A stretch of DNA of 55,087 bases from Candidatus Thorarchaeota archaeon (GCA_046482545.1 JAWOEX010000002.1:1-55087), one strand, 5' to 3'; positions 8,673 through 19,275 are shown, counted from the first letter of the stretch. The notes: a model not told the origin generated them from the letters alone. Translations and numbers: made by a program.

Positions 8673-10904
8673 TTGAATGAATCGTTGAGTACTCTGAGAG
8701 AACTCGAATTTGAGCGTGCATCACCTCAATTGCTTGAGGTGTTGAGACGACAGGGTTTAGCTAGCCTCACAGGTTTCCAGACTGAAGCCTTGCATGGAGG
8801 TATCATGAGGGAAAACAATCAAATTTTAGTGACACATGATTATGATGAAGGTTATCAGATTGGCGAGATAGCTCTCCTAAATCGGGTCACATCTAATTTT
8901 CGAACTAGAGGCATTATCCTTTGTCCGCATCCACATCAAGCAGAGAAACGACTTCATTCGGTGGCCCAGAAATGTAGCAGACTAGGAATCGAGGTAACCC
9001 CAATAATAAGGCGGAGTGATGCAATCGATTTGCCACGAAATATGGGAGGGGTCATTGTGGCAACGTTTCGTTCGCTAAGCATAGCGGCAAGGAACCAACC
9101 ATCGCTGTGGGACAATGTGAGTTTCCTGCTAGTTGAGAGACTGGACCTTATAGGGCAACCAGGAGTCGGCGTGCACCTTGAAACATCTATAGTGAGTGGG
9201 ATGGCAAAGGGTCCTGAGATACAGTATGTTGCTTTATGTCCAGAAGTGGCAGATTTGCCTGATTTAGCAAAATGGCTTGACGCATCGATTCTCAAAGACG
9301 AGAAACCTGATGTAAACTCCATTTTCAGTGTAAAGGCATTCACAAGCATCACTGAATCTCTATCTGACCTAGCACAATATGTACACAAGAAGAAGGGGCA
9401 GGTGATTATCCTTGCGCCCGACATTTCGTCGTCTCAAGATTTGGCAGAGCAGTTGACAGGAGTAGATAGTGGTGAAAGCACACCGCATCTTGACCTCGGG
9501 TTGACTCTAGGACATCGAGATGAACTAAGAGATCTTTGCAAGCGAATAAAGAGTGTCCATCCCCGATGCAGGATGACACAGAGACTTGTGAATGTCCTCA
9601 GCAGAGGAGTTGCATTCTTCCATGAAGGAGTTGCCAGAAAGCAGAGAAGAGCCATATCAGCAGCTTGGGATGACAGACTGTTACCAGTAATAGTGATGCC
9701 TATACGATTTGCGCTGGCAAGCGGTATGACAGGCACGGTAGTCTTCTTGATTGGTGTCTTCGCACAAAAAAGAGAGAATATTGAGCGAAATGAAAAAGAT
9801 TTGGTTATGCTTTCAGAATGGCAGATGAATAATCTGTTACGAGCAGCCGGGAGAGCGAAGATTGATACTGAAGGATTTGGTATTGTAGTTGTCGATAATG
9901 AACAGGAAAGGCAGCGGGTTCTGTTGAAATATTTCAATAGTGGTGATGACGGAGAGTTACTGCCAAGACTCGGAGAGGTCGACAGCCTCATGGATAATCC
10001 CGAGAACCTTCAGTTTCTCGTTCTAGGACAGCTATGTACAGATGATGACCAAGAAAGGAAACCACTCTCAATCATCAATAAAACGTACTGGGCATCCACA
10101 AACAGAACATTCAGTCCGAAAGAGGAACGTTTTGTTCCGGTAGATGATATTTCGATTAATACATTGCTTTCGCTCAGGGCAACGAAATCCACACTGGAGC
10201 GAGCAGATACGATTGGAGATGAAGATGTCAAGATGGTCTCAGTCAACCCCTCCAAGATAGAAGGGCTTGTCCACAGCGCCAGCCGCGATCTCTGGCATTA
10301 TGTTATACTCAACTCCTCTGAAGGCGTATCTTGTAGCTGTGAATCGTGGAAGTACCAAGGAATGAAGAATCACAGATTATGCAAACACCTGGTAAAATTC
10401 GCCAAGTATGCACTACATGATAGTGAATCTAAACCATACGCGAGCGGAGTTTTGAGACATTCGTTAAGGGGGCTTGAGACTCTTGATGAAATGAGAAGGA
10501 GCGGCCTTGTAGAAAGGTATGGAGAAGAAGTCCGATGTACTGAACTCGGTAGGAGAGTTGCAGCATTGGGAGTTTCGATTGCCGATGCAAGAACAACAAA
10601 GAGAATAATCGAGAAGAGTAAAGGTAACTTCGTAAATACTCTAATCGAACTTGTAAGTACCAAGACAGGAGCTAGTTCGGAACAACTTAGGAGGATAGTC
10701 ACAGCTGTATCTGAAGGGGGTAACAAAGAGGATATGTACTGTGAGGACGATCTTCCAGGGCTCGTAGAGAACCATGTGGAGGAGTTAATCTACGTGAACT
10801 CTGTCTTAGAGCAGATGTTGATTGAAGACGAAGATGGGCTTCTCGAAGATAGACCCGTTGATTTGGGAGAGAAACTGAAACGCGGATTATCAGATATCGG
10901 TTGA
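8673..10904 (+). CDS. Hel308/Ski2-like SF2 helicase homolog with degenerate ATPase motifs and inserted SWIM zinc finger
   Basis: Q-motif region (LTGFQTEAL), GVAFFHEG, RAAGRAK, TELGRRV recognisable; Walker A and DExH absent; CSC-x13-CKH SWIM motif. Confidence 0.75.
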   Translation: MNESLSTLRELEFERASPQLLEVLRRQGLASLTGFQTEALHGGIMRENNQILVTHDYDEGYQIGEIALLNRVTSNFRTRGIILCPHPHQAEKRLHSVAQKCSRLGIEVTPIIRRSDAIDLPRNMGGVIVATFRSLSIAARNQPSLWDNVSFLLVERLDLIGQPGVGVHLETSIVSGMAKGPEIQYVALCPEVADLPDLAKWLDASILKDEKPDVNSIFSVKAFTSITESLSDLAQYVHKKKGQVIILAPDISSSQDLAEQLTGVDSGESTPHLDLGLTLGHRDELRDLCKRIKSVHPRCRMTQRLVNVLSRGVAFFHEGVARKQRRAISAAWDDRLLPVIVMPIRFALASGMTGTVVFLIGVFAQKRENIERNEKDLVMLSEWQMNNLLRAAGRAKIDTEGFGIVVVDNEQERQRVLLKYFNSGDDGELLPRLGEVDSLMDNPENLQFLVLGQLCTDDDQERKPLSIINKTYWASTNRTFSPKEERFVPVDDISINTLLSLRATKSTLERADTIGDEDVKMVSVNPSKIEGLVHSASRDLWHYVILNSSEGVSCSCESWKYQGMKNHRLCKHLVKFAKYALHDSESKPYASGVLRHSLRGLETLDEMRRSGLVERYGEEVRCTELGRRVAALGVSIADARTTKRIIEKSKGNFVNTLIELVSTKTGASSEQLRRIVTAVSEGGNKEDMYCEDDLPGLVENHVEELIYVNSVLEQMLIEDEDGLLEDRPVDLGEKLKRGLSDIG

Positions 10905-10986
10905 CTTTTTACTTGGTATTTTTGTCAACGGAAATGAAGCAGGTGCACGCTATTGTCCTGCTCTAACGTCGTATGGTGAATCGAGC

Positions 10987-12132
10987 ATGAAGCTGTTTGA
11001 GTCAGAAGCGAAAGAAATCTTCCGGGACTTTAGCATGCCCACACCGGGTAGTGGTCTCGCAAAAACGCCTGAAGAAGCCAAGAAGAAGGCTTCAGAAATA
11101 GGCAAGCCGGTTGCAGTTAAAGCACAGGTTCTTTCAGGTAAAAGAGGGAAAGCAGGGGGAATCAAGTTCGCAGACACCCCTGAAGAGGCTAAGGAATTGG
11201 CAGAAGAAATTCTTGCCATGCGAATAAATGACCTCCCCGTGGAAGCAGTGCTGATAGAAGAGAAACTCGACATCAAGCAAGAAATCTACGCAGGGATAAC
11301 AATTGATAGAAATAAACGTCAATATGTTGTTATAGGGAGCTCTGCGGGCGGTATGTCAATTGAGGAATTGGCGGAAGAAAGCCCAGAGAAAATCGTTAAG
11401 ATCCACATCAATCCACATCTTGGCCTTCAACCCTTCGAGGCTCGGCAATTGGCAGTCAGAATGGGATTCGAAGGAAAACAGATTCACCAACTTGCCTCAT
11501 TTTTCTTGAAGCTCTGGAAAATCGTGGAAGAATATGATGTAGAATTGACTGAAATCAACCCGCTGATACTAACCAAACAGGGAGATTTCTTAGCTGCGGA
11601 TGCGAGACTAAATATCGACAATAATGCCCTCTACAGGCACAAAGAACTCATAGAGAGTTTGAATCGGGCCCCATTGGAAGAAAACGAGAGGGAGAAACAG
11701 GCCAGAGAGAATGATATGGCATATGTTGAGCTGGATGGTAATATAGCGTGTATTTGCAATGGAGCAGGCCTTACTATGGCCACTCTTGATGCAGTAGCAT
11801 TGTATGGAGGGAAAGCCAGTACATTCTTGGATCTTGGAGGGGGAGCCGATGCAGAAAGAGTAGAGAAGGGAATCGAAATTGCTTTGCTGTTTGATCAGGT
11901 GGAAGCAATACTGGTCAACATCATGGGGGGTATCACTAGATGTGATGAGGTTGCTAAGGGTATTGTCGGGGCCAGAGAGGACAAAGGAATCGATGTGCCA
12001 ATGGTTATCCGTATGGTCGGAACAAATGAGAAAGAAGGACAAGAAATACTGGAGAAAGCAGGTATTCCATTTCTACAAACCATGGAAGAGGCAGCCCAGA
12101 AAGTAGTTGAGCTTGTCAAGGAGGCGGAATAG
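10987..12132 (+). CDS. sucC: Succinyl-CoA synthetase beta subunit
   Basis: MKLFESEAK, GKRGKAGG, EINPL, NGAGLTMATLD, FLDLGGG. Confidence 0.96.
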   Translation: MKLFESEAKEIFRDFSMPTPGSGLAKTPEEAKKKASEIGKPVAVKAQVLSGKRGKAGGIKFADTPEEAKELAEEILAMRINDLPVEAVLIEEKLDIKQEIYAGITIDRNKRQYVVIGSSAGGMSIEELAEESPEKIVKIHINPHLGLQPFEARQLAVRMGFEGKQIHQLASFFLKLWKIVEEYDVELTEINPLILTKQGDFLAADARLNIDNNALYRHKELIESLNRAPLEENEREKQARENDMAYVELDGNIACICNGAGLTMATLDAVALYGGKASTFLDLGGGADAERVEKGIEIALLFDQVEAILVNIMGGITRCDEVAKGIVGAREDKGIDVPMVIRMVGTNEKEGQEILEKAGIPFLQTMEEAAQKVVELVKEAE

Positions 12133-13002
12133 ATGTCAGTCTTGATTGATGAAGATACAAGAGTGGTGGTACAGGGAATAACTGGCTCTCAAGGCACTTT
12201 CCACTCAGAAGCTATGCTTGAGTATGGAACCAATATAGTCGCTGGAGTTACACCAGGTAAAGGGGGTCAAGAGATACGCCATATTCCAGTATATGATACT
12301 GTATGGGAAGCCAAGAAAGAACATGGTGTGACAGCCTCGGTGATTTTTGTACCAGCTCCCTTTGCTGCAGGAGCGGCTATGGAAGCGATAGCAGCAGACC
12401 TCGACCCTGTTGTCGTAATCACTGAACATGTTCCTGTCAAGGATGAGATTCGCGTAATCCATGAAGCAAAGCGAAAAGGTATCACAGTAATCGGCCCAAA
12501 TACCCCTGGAATCATCCATCCAGGAGCAAAACAGAAGCTGGGTATCATGCCCGGTCACGTTTTCAAGGCGGGTGAAGTTGGATTGATGTCTCGGAGCGGG
12601 ACGTTGACATACGAAATAGCAGCAGGAATGACTCAGGCCGATATCGGCATATCCACAGCGATTGGTCTTGGAGGGGATCCTTGTGTTGGGCTTACTCCAA
12701 TCGAAGGTGTGAAGCTTTTTGATAATGATGCGGATACCAAAGCCATGGTGCTAGTTGGTGAAATCGGGGGAGATGCTGAAGAGCGAGCTGCGGCATACAT
12801 CAAAGACGAAGTAGACTTGCCAGTCGTAGCCTTCATTGCAGGACGTACTGCGCCCCCGGGTAAGAGAATGGGACATGCAGGTGCCATTATCAGCGGAGGG
12901 ACTGGTACAGCCGCAGGCAAAATCAAGGCATTTGAGAATGCAGGCGTGCCGGTAGCGGAAAAACCCAGTGACGTTGCAAAGCTGCTAAGAGAAAACCTTT
13001 AA
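12133..13002 (+). CDS. sucD: Succinyl-CoA synthetase alpha subunit
   Basis: [27 protein letters not shown] (phospho-His). Confidence 0.96.
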   Translation: MSVLIDEDTRVVVQGITGSQGTFHSEAMLEYGTNIVAGVTPGKGGQEIRHIPVYDTVWEAKKEHGVTASVIFVPAPFAAGAAMEAIAADLDPVVVITEHVPVKDEIRVIHEAKRKGITVIGPNTPGIIHPGAKQKLGIMPGHVFKAGEVGLMSRSGTLTYEIAAGMTQADIGISTAIGLGGDPCVGLTPIEGVKLFDNDADTKAMVLVGEIGGDAEERAAAYIKDEVDLPVVAFIAGRTAPPGKRMGHAGAIISGGTGTAAGKIKAFENAGVPVAEKPSDVAKLLRENL

Positions 13003-13012
13003 ATCAATTCTA

Positions 13013-13038
13013 AATGAGCCCCCCAAGGCGGGCTCATT
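13013..13038 (+). terminator. Stem-loop after sucD (possible terminator or processing site)
   Basis: AATGAGCCC...GGGCTCATT 9-bp inverted repeat. Confidence 0.45.
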
Positions 13039-13081
13039 ACATCTTCATACGTCCGTCCATACTTCACAGGAGGTTCAGAAG

Positions 13082-13246
13082 ATTTCACCGGTAGCGGATT
13101 TAGAAAAGAGACGGTTGGCCCAGCACTACCTGCTTTACAAATCAGTATGCAGAGATTGTGGAGCTACTAATCCACTCAAAGCAAAGAAATGCAGGAAGTG
13201 CAAGAGCAAAGATCTCCGGCCGAAAGTGAGGACTAGGCGTACATAG
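13082..13246 (+). CDS. rpl40e: 50S ribosomal protein L40e
   Basis: Manual translation (I/M)[53 protein letters not shown]; start at ATT 13082 (AGGAGGT SD) or TTG 13115. Confidence 0.92.
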   Translation: MSPVADLEKRRLAQHYLLYKSVCRDCGATNPLKAKKCRKCKSKDLRPKVRTRRT

Positions 13247-13274
13247 GATAATAGCCGCATGAGCCGGTGTCAAT

Positions 13275-13351
13275 GGGCCGGTGATCTAGTTGGCTATGAT
13301 GCCGCCTTCACACGGCGGAAACCAGGCGTTCAACTCGCCTCCGGCCCACCA
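13275..13351 (+). tRNA. tRNA-Val(CAC), CCA encoded
   Basis: Acceptor GGGCCGG/CCGGCCC, anticodon arm CCGCC-TTCACAC-GGCGG, T arm AGGCG-TTCAACT-CGCCT. Confidence 0.95.
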
Positions 13352-13392
13352 CCAAATCAGTAAACTAAGCAAGATAATGAGGAATCTACACC

Positions 13393-13608
13393 ATGCCTAA
13401 GCAGATATTTGACCAAGACCAGTTCCTCGAATTGAGTGACAAGGCGACCGAATGTCGAGTAAAGAGGCTATCAGACAAAGTTAAGCTGAAATTACGCACG
13501 GATAGGTATCTCTACACTCTGGTAACCAATGCTGCTAATGCAGAAGCGATTCTGGAACAGGTCCGCTGCAGAGTTGTTGAAGCTCGCCCTAGTGCAGAAG
13601 AGATTTGA
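13393..13608 (+). CDS. rpl38e: Ribosomal protein L38e
   Basis: MPKQI...VKLKLRTDRYLYTL signature. Confidence 0.88.
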   Translation: MPKQIFDQDQFLELSDKATECRVKRLSDKVKLKLRTDRYLYTLVTNAANAEAILEQVRCRVVEARPSAEEI

Positions 13609-13759
13609 TCCCAGCATCGCCCAGTTCCTTCTTTTGTACAAATATCGTAAATCTGAGAGGCTATAAGCCTCATTCCGCGCATGTTTCTACGCTATTGACG
13701 CTCAAACGGACGTTCTGCCCGTTTTCTAAGCACTCTCCGCTACATTATACAGTACGGCA

Positions 13760-15028
13760 TTATATCTCAATGATATCGTTCATGAGCGGAACGTGAGCAG
13801 TCTTACCGCGTGTCTCTAGTTGCTCAGCAAGTACTTCAGTAGATTCCGGTTCCCCATGTACGATATGGAACTCGGGGTCGCCAGGTATGCTCTCTAGCAT
13901 GTTCATCAAGCCGTATGAGTCAGAATGGCTCGAAAGATGGTGATACTTCAATTCAGCATCCACCTTGTACACCTTATCTCCAATAGTTACTTCTTTGTTT
14001 TCAAGCAGCTCGGCTCCAGGTGTGCCTGGAATCTGGAACGATACGAGAATGATAGCGTTGTTCGGATTATCATATAGCTTGCGGAAATAGGTCATACTGG
14101 ACCCGCCCTTCAACATGCCTGCAGGTGAAATGATGACTGCGTTTTCGTTAGAAGCACGCCGTCTATCATTATTGCTTCTGATTACTCTGGTCCTCTGTAA
14201 TGCTCGCTTGAACAGCTGTGGAGACCCAAGATACTCAGGGTGTCTGTTCAATATCTCATTGACCTTGCGAGCCATGCCATCGATGTAAGTCGGATACTTG
14301 TGCGTTAATCCATACTCCTCAAGAATACACATGATTTCCTGACTTCTGCCTACAGCAAAAGCAGGAATGAGAACTGTGCCATCCCGTTCAAGGGTCTTAA
14401 TCACACTGTCAATAAGGGCTTCCTCAATCTCTTCACGGCGAGGGTTAACCCTAGTTGCATACGTACTTTCCGTAACCACATAATCATGCTTCGGTAGATT
14501 CACTCGTGCACCAGCCGTGAGACGGGATTCTGTTATATTGAAATCACCAGTGAACAGAATTCTCTTTCCGTTGTAACCGACAGAAACCATTGCGCTGCCC
14601 GGAATATGGCCAGCATTGAACAGGGTCATCTCAAATCTGTGTCCGATTGGTAGTGTGTACTCGTAACCGATTGGGTGACATTGTCTCTTGATGCGTGCTA
14701 TGTCCTTTCTAGCGAATGGTAGACGCCCGCGGCTTATATTGTACATGTCCTGTGCCAAAAGCGTTGTGAGATCTCGAGTTGGTTTTGTACAGAATAATGA
14801 AAGATCATCAGACTGACTAAGGATTTTCGGAATTCCACCAGAATGATCAAGATGAGCATGTGTAACTGCTACGCCCTGCAGTCCGTCTATAGGTACATGG
14901 TCTGGAAACTTGGGCGGATTCGCAAATTTGACGCCATAATCTATAAGCAGGCTCTCTTCTCCGTCGTCGAGCATAAATCCCGAACGACCAATTTCTTTAC
15001 AAGAGCCTAAGAATTTTAAATGTGACAT
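13760..15028 (-). CDS. Beta-CASP metallo-beta-lactamase ribonuclease (aCPSF2-like, no KH domains)
   Basis: THAHLDHSG, AGHIPGS, TGDF, ESTY, PAFAVGRSQE, SSHSD, VHGE. Confidence 0.9.
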   Translation of the reverse strand: MSHLKFLGSCKEIGRSGFMLDDGEESLLIDYGVKFANPPKFPDHVPIDGLQGVAVTHAHLDHSGGIPKILSQSDDLSLFCTKPTRDLTTLLAQDMYNISRGRLPFARKDIARIKRQCHPIGYEYTLPIGHRFEMTLFNAGHIPGSAMVSVGYNGKRILFTGDFNITESRLTAGARVNLPKHDYVVTESTYATRVNPRREEIEEALIDSVIKTLERDGTVLIPAFAVGRSQEIMCILEEYGLTHKYPTYIDGMARKVNEILNRHPEYLGSPQLFKRALQRTRVIRSNNDRRRASNENAVIISPAGMLKGGSSMTYFRKLYDNPNNAIILVSFQIPGTPGAELLENKEVTIGDKVYKVDAELKYHHLSSHSDSYGLMNMLESIPGDPEFHIVHGEPESTEVLAEQLETRGKTAHVPLMNDIIEI

Positions 15029-15215
15029 TTATCGAAACATCCGACTTCAAACCGGCCTGGTTTTGTGAAAAGGTTATCGATTGCACACTGGAAGGGAATA
15101 ATTCCTTGGTGCAATCTTCGAAACCAAAAACTAAACCAATAATCGAAATCAATATTAGACCTGTATTTGTTTTATGCAGTTACGAATCCACTAACTGCAA
15201 CGGGAGCGACCTTCG

Positions 15216-15554
15216 GTGAAGGAGGAAAAAAACAGCAACGAACAGGACAAGGAGTCAGAGGAATCGCAAGGATTCAATGGCGAGCCACAGGTTCTTGTCG
15301 GCAACAAGAATGTGATGAGCTATGTTCTAGCCTGTGTTACGTTATTCAATAAGGGAGCCGACTATGTCTCCATCAAAGCGCGGGGCAGGCTGATCAGTAG
15401 GGCAGTTGATGTAGCTGAGATAACTAGGAATAGATTTGTTGATGATTTGTGTGTTCGCAGCATCGATATAGGCACAACAACTGTGAAAACGGACAAAGGA
15501 TCGGATTTGAACGTCAGCACCATAGATATCATCATCGCGAAAGAGGAAGAGTGA
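15216..15554 (+). CDS. albA: Alba DNA/RNA-binding protein
   Basis: [36 protein letters not shown]. Confidence 0.93.
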   Translation: MKEEKNSNEQDKESEESQGFNGEPQVLVGNKNVMSYVLACVTLFNKGADYVSIKARGRLISRAVDVAEITRNRFVDDLCVRSIDIGTTTVKTDKGSDLNVSTIDIIIAKEEE

Positions 15555-15612
15555 CACAACACAGCTTTCTTATTACCTTCGCCTGTGGGTTGCATACCCG
15601 TTATGTCCCCCA

Positions 15613-16209
15613 TTGGCGATGAAACACATGGAATTATGCGTTTGTACCTTTGACTTAGAATCAGATATGCTCTGTCCAAGTTGCCAAAGAAAACTAGATA
15701 GAGGTGAAATCACTAAGTTCGATGTGGATTTCTCCGCTTGGCTTTTTGATAGAGCTGAACAATACTCAGGGATAGAAAATCTTCATCTTCTACGAGCTAT
15801 TCGAACAAGCAATTACGTGGTTTTGGTAGTTGAACGAGGGCAATCAGATATGATTTTCTCAAATGAAAATCTTGTAGAAGATATAGAAGACGATTTTGGC
15901 GAACTGATGGTCATAGAAGGACCTATCAAGATGAGGAGCCTTATCAAGAAGCTAATTGAGCCTGCAGTTGAAGTAGGCATAAACAGCCTTTACTTGCCAG
16001 ATGGAACAAAAGAGAGCATTGTGATGCTCAGGGAAGAAGACCGAAAGCGTCTGCAGTACGATCCAGAAAACCTTGGGAAAATTATATCGGCAGTAACTGG
16101 CTATCAAGTGATTTTCGACTTCCAAAAGGAGGAAGAAGAGAAAGACGAAGAGAAGGCCGATTCATTTTCCGAGAAAATGAAGGAATTCAGCAGAAAAAGA
16201 AGATTCTAG
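15613..16209 (+). CDS. Archaeal NusA-like paralog with N-terminal Cys cluster
   Basis: CVCTFDLESDMLCPSCQRKL..GEITKFDV, VGINSLYLPDG; start may be 15619 or 15628. Confidence 0.7.
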   Translation: MAMKHMELCVCTFDLESDMLCPSCQRKLDRGEITKFDVDFSAWLFDRAEQYSGIENLHLLRAIRTSNYVVLVVERGQSDMIFSNENLVEDIEDDFGELMVIEGPIKMRSLIKKLIEPAVEVGINSLYLPDGTKESIVMLREEDRKRLQYDPENLGKIISAVTGYQVIFDFQKEEEEKDEEKADSFSEKMKEFSRKRRF

Positions 16210-17561
16210 GCCCTGTGAATCGGGTGATTCTTCATCAGTTCGCGCATGATGACAGTTGCATAACTGCCCCGTCTCAACCTGAATTGTACGCTTAGCCCGT
16301 CTTTTGTAGATTCAATCTCCAATTTCAACGGCTTCACTGAGATTGGATGAAGACCGCCGGGGGAGCTCAATGGTTCCATTCTATCGTTATAGAAATCTCG
16401 TAACGATATTTCTTCATCTTCCAATACTTGCATCAACAAGTCTGTTTGTTTCGATGGGGGAAGTTTAGTGGAATAGCCAGGCAATGGAGCTGCTACTGCA
16501 TACCGTCCCGCCTGAACTAGGGATCGTTTCTCCTGAAGGGTTCGTTCAGTAACGAATAGCCAAGTGTCTCTCCCTGAATGAGGTTCACCCTCCAGTACTA
16601 GGAAGTCACCGGCGACCGGCATGTCGATAGGAATCTCGCATTCTGCTCGTTCACTCACGAGTATATTGAACAAATAAGACTGATAGGAGTGCACAAAGAG
16701 GGTCTGAATTCGAGGGGGTATTTTTGCAAAAGCCCCGCGGTAATCTTCTGGGTTTTTTGCTAGATGTTCCATAGCTTTCTTTTCGTATCTTAGATAATCT
16801 GGAAACGCATCTATTATTTTGTCCGTTGGCGTTAAATCATCTGATAGCGCTTCTCTGGCTTCAGAGAGTTCATCTGACTCGTATTCACTTGTTGTCACGA
16901 GAAGTTCTTCCAATGCTCCTCTGAAATCCCGTTTGATGACATATTTTCCGATGATATGTGAATTCGGACGCGTTACTCCGAATCGCTGTACACCAAAGTA
17001 GTTCAAAAACGCTTTATTTTTCATCTGCTCTGTGTACTCTAGCGCTTTTTCATGTTCAACTTCGGGATTACGAAGAAGCAAAGTAAATCGATTTCCCCAG
17101 AGATCGCCAATCTGGATTTGGCGGGAACAGTACTCGAAATCCCTTAACTCGATGTTGTGGAGCTCAAGCTGTGGCAAATCATCTGCAGAAGACGCAGGTA
17201 TGGACATAATTTGTGCAGTTATTGCACGTTTGTCTTTCAGTCCGGCATAGGAGACCATCTGCCAAGGCAAATTTAGAGAAGAAGCTAGGATTCTAGCCAC
17301 ATCAGTAGTGCTGAGACCAATTTTCTGCATGGTGAAACAGATGAAGCGTTCCTGTTCTCCCGAGATGGATACAGGTTTTTCCAGCGTGTCTTCATTACCG
17401 AAGGCATGAACCTCGATGACATCCCTTTCGGGATTAATCTCCTCAACAACGAAATCTTCGAATTGTTCCTTCAATTTGCCGCCAATGCCAGGAAAATCAG
17501 TCGAATAAAACCGCATGCCAAGCTTCTGCTCAAATGGAAGCGCCGGCCGCATAATCATCAC
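16206..17561 (-). CDS. truD: tRNA pseudouridine(13) synthase TruD/Pus7
   Basis: EDFVVEE, YAGLKDKRAITAQ, GNRF, NYFGVQRFG, GSYATVIMRE. Confidence 0.95.
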   Translation of the reverse strand: MMIMRPALPFEQKLGMRFYSTDFPGIGGKLKEQFEDFVVEEINPERDVIEVHAFGNEDTLEKPVSISGEQERFICFTMQKIGLSTTDVARILASSLNLPWQMVSYAGLKDKRAITAQIMSIPASSADDLPQLELHNIELRDFEYCSRQIQIGDLWGNRFTLLLRNPEVEHEKALEYTEQMKNKAFLNYFGVQRFGVTRPNSHIIGKYVIKRDFRGALEELLVTTSEYESDELSEAREALSDDLTPTDKIIDAFPDYLRYEKKAMEHLAKNPEDYRGAFAKIPPRIQTLFVHSYQSYLFNILVSERAECEIPIDMPVAGDFLVLEGEPHSGRDTWLFVTERTLQEKRSLVQAGRYAVAAPLPGYSTKLPPSKQTDLLMQVLEDEEISLRDFYNDRMEPLSSPGGLHPISVKPLKLEIESTKDGLSVQFRLRRGSYATVIMRELMKNHPIHRA

Positions 17562-17921
17562 TCAAAGTAACTTCAGAGAGCCAGTAATTTTGTCAATTTT
17601 GTGATCGCGTGCTGGGCCGATTCCCAGTACGGTTGCAGTACCAGGCGATAATTGTGTCATTCCGGCATCACGAACGAGATAGTGGGCAATATTGTAGCTG
17701 TTGGCTTGATTCTTGAGTTCTATAAGTGTGTCCATCGAATCAACCTGTACTGCTATTTTCTTTTGCCCACCATTTAGCCAAGATTTCCAAGCATCTGGCG
17801 TTTTCTTACGGGCTGCTTCAGCAGCACTAACTGCTCCATGTGCAGTCTGAACTGCAATCTTCCCGCAACTCATATCGAGGTCGGTTCGGATAACCATTAC
17901 CTGCTTATATTGGTGAGACAT
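17562..17921 (-). CDS. pth2: Peptidyl-tRNA hydrolase Pth2
   Basis: KQVMVIRTDL.MSCGKIAVQTAH, GQKKI, DAGMTQ, GIGP. Confidence 0.95.
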   Translation of the reverse strand: MSHQYKQVMVIRTDLDMSCGKIAVQTAHGAVSAAEAARKKTPDAWKSWLNGGQKKIAVQVDSMDTLIELKNQANSYNIAHYLVRDAGMTQLSPGTATVLGIGPARDHKIDKITGSLKLL

Positions 17922-18011
17922 TTTTCGCTACCGCCTGAGAGATAGTGATATGAAAGCCATTGGTGACAGTTAAAAAAGGGTTTCATACGACCTATTCATC
18001 AGGTAGTTTCA

Positions 18012-19217
18012 TTGAAAGCAGATGTTGTGGTTGTCGGCGCAGGACCATCAGGTCTGATTGCAGCCAAAGAAATCGCGGATAGTGGATATGATGTACTGGT
18101 TGTAGAAGAACACCCACAAATCGGCGAACCTGATCATTGTGCAGGACTACTTAGCACCACAGGACTTAGCTCTCTGAATCTTAATCCCCCAGGATATGTA
18201 ATTCAGAACAACGTCGAAGGGGCCAGGATGTATTCGCCAGATGGAACCAAACTGACAATTAGTAGAGGGCATAGAGAAGCTCTAGTTGTGGATAGGCGAG
18301 AGTTCGATTCATGGTTGGCAAAACGTGCACAGAATGCTGGTGCGAGAATTTTCACAAATGCCAAGGCAATCAATGCCGAATTAAGCACCAAGAACAATTC
18401 TGTTGTTTTGTGTCGTGAACACGGAACTGTACTCGAAATCGAGACGAAGGTCATTCTAAATGCGGAGGGAGCTGGCTGCCGGTTTTCAGAAAGGGTGGGC
18501 CTTCCGACAGTGAATCAATCCTCCAAGCTTCCAGCTTTTCAGTATGAGTTCAGCAATGTTGATTTGGAGTCTGACTATGTTGAAATGTACTACGGAAGAA
18601 AGCTGGCGCCAGGCTTCTTTGCATGGTGCATCCCACTTGGAAATGGCAGGGCCAGAGTAGGGATGGCAGCTCAAAGTCATGTGAGAAAGAGACTTGAATG
18701 GGCGCTTCAAAAGCATCCTATAATCAGCAAGAACATCGATGCGGGAAAGATAGATAGAGGGATGGGGGGAGTGGTGCTGGTTGGAACCCCTATTTCTAAG
18801 ACATATGCTGATGGAATACTCGTTGTTGGTGATGCTGCAGGAATCGTGAAAGCCACAACGGGTGGAGGGGTAATTATGGGAGGAAAAGCAGCAAAGATAG
18901 CAGGTAGAGTAATCGCGGGGGCACTATCCAATGGAGTAACATCAGCTGAATATCTGAAGGCATACGAGTACCTCTGGAAGAAAGACCTCCTGAAAGACCT
19001 CTTTGTAATGTATATTGCTCAAAAAATGATTTCATTACTCTCGAATCAAGGGCTGAACTTTATCTTCAGAAAGGTGAATGACCATGGTCTGGTTGACACC
19101 ATCGAGCAACACGGTGATATGGATAGGCAATCTGAAGTAATCACTCAACTGTTGAAAGAACCACGCCTTGCTCTCAGTTTGTTCGGAGTGATGCGTTATA
19201 TTCAGCCATTCTATTAG
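18012..19217 (+). CDS. Geranylgeranyl reductase family flavoprotein (DGGGPL reductase-like)
   Basis: VVGAGPSG, PDHCAG, PGFFAWCIP, VGDAAG..KATTGGG. Confidence 0.9.
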   Translation: MKADVVVVGAGPSGLIAAKEIADSGYDVLVVEEHPQIGEPDHCAGLLSTTGLSSLNLNPPGYVIQNNVEGARMYSPDGTKLTISRGHREALVVDRREFDSWLAKRAQNAGARIFTNAKAINAELSTKNNSVVLCREHGTVLEIETKVILNAEGAGCRFSERVGLPTVNQSSKLPAFQYEFSNVDLESDYVEMYYGRKLAPGFFAWCIPLGNGRARVGMAAQSHVRKRLEWALQKHPIISKNIDAGKIDRGMGGVVLVGTPISKTYADGILVVGDAAGIVKATTGGGVIMGGKAAKIAGRVIAGALSNGVTSAEYLKAYEYLWKKDLLKDLFVMYIAQKMISLLSNQGLNFIFRKVNDHGLVDTIEQHGDMDRQSEVITQLLKEPRLALSLFGVMRYIQPFY

Positions 19218-19275
19218 TTGATTGCACAGCTTTATGTGTTTATTGAGCAGCTGGTCGCGTCAGGATGCCACAGAA

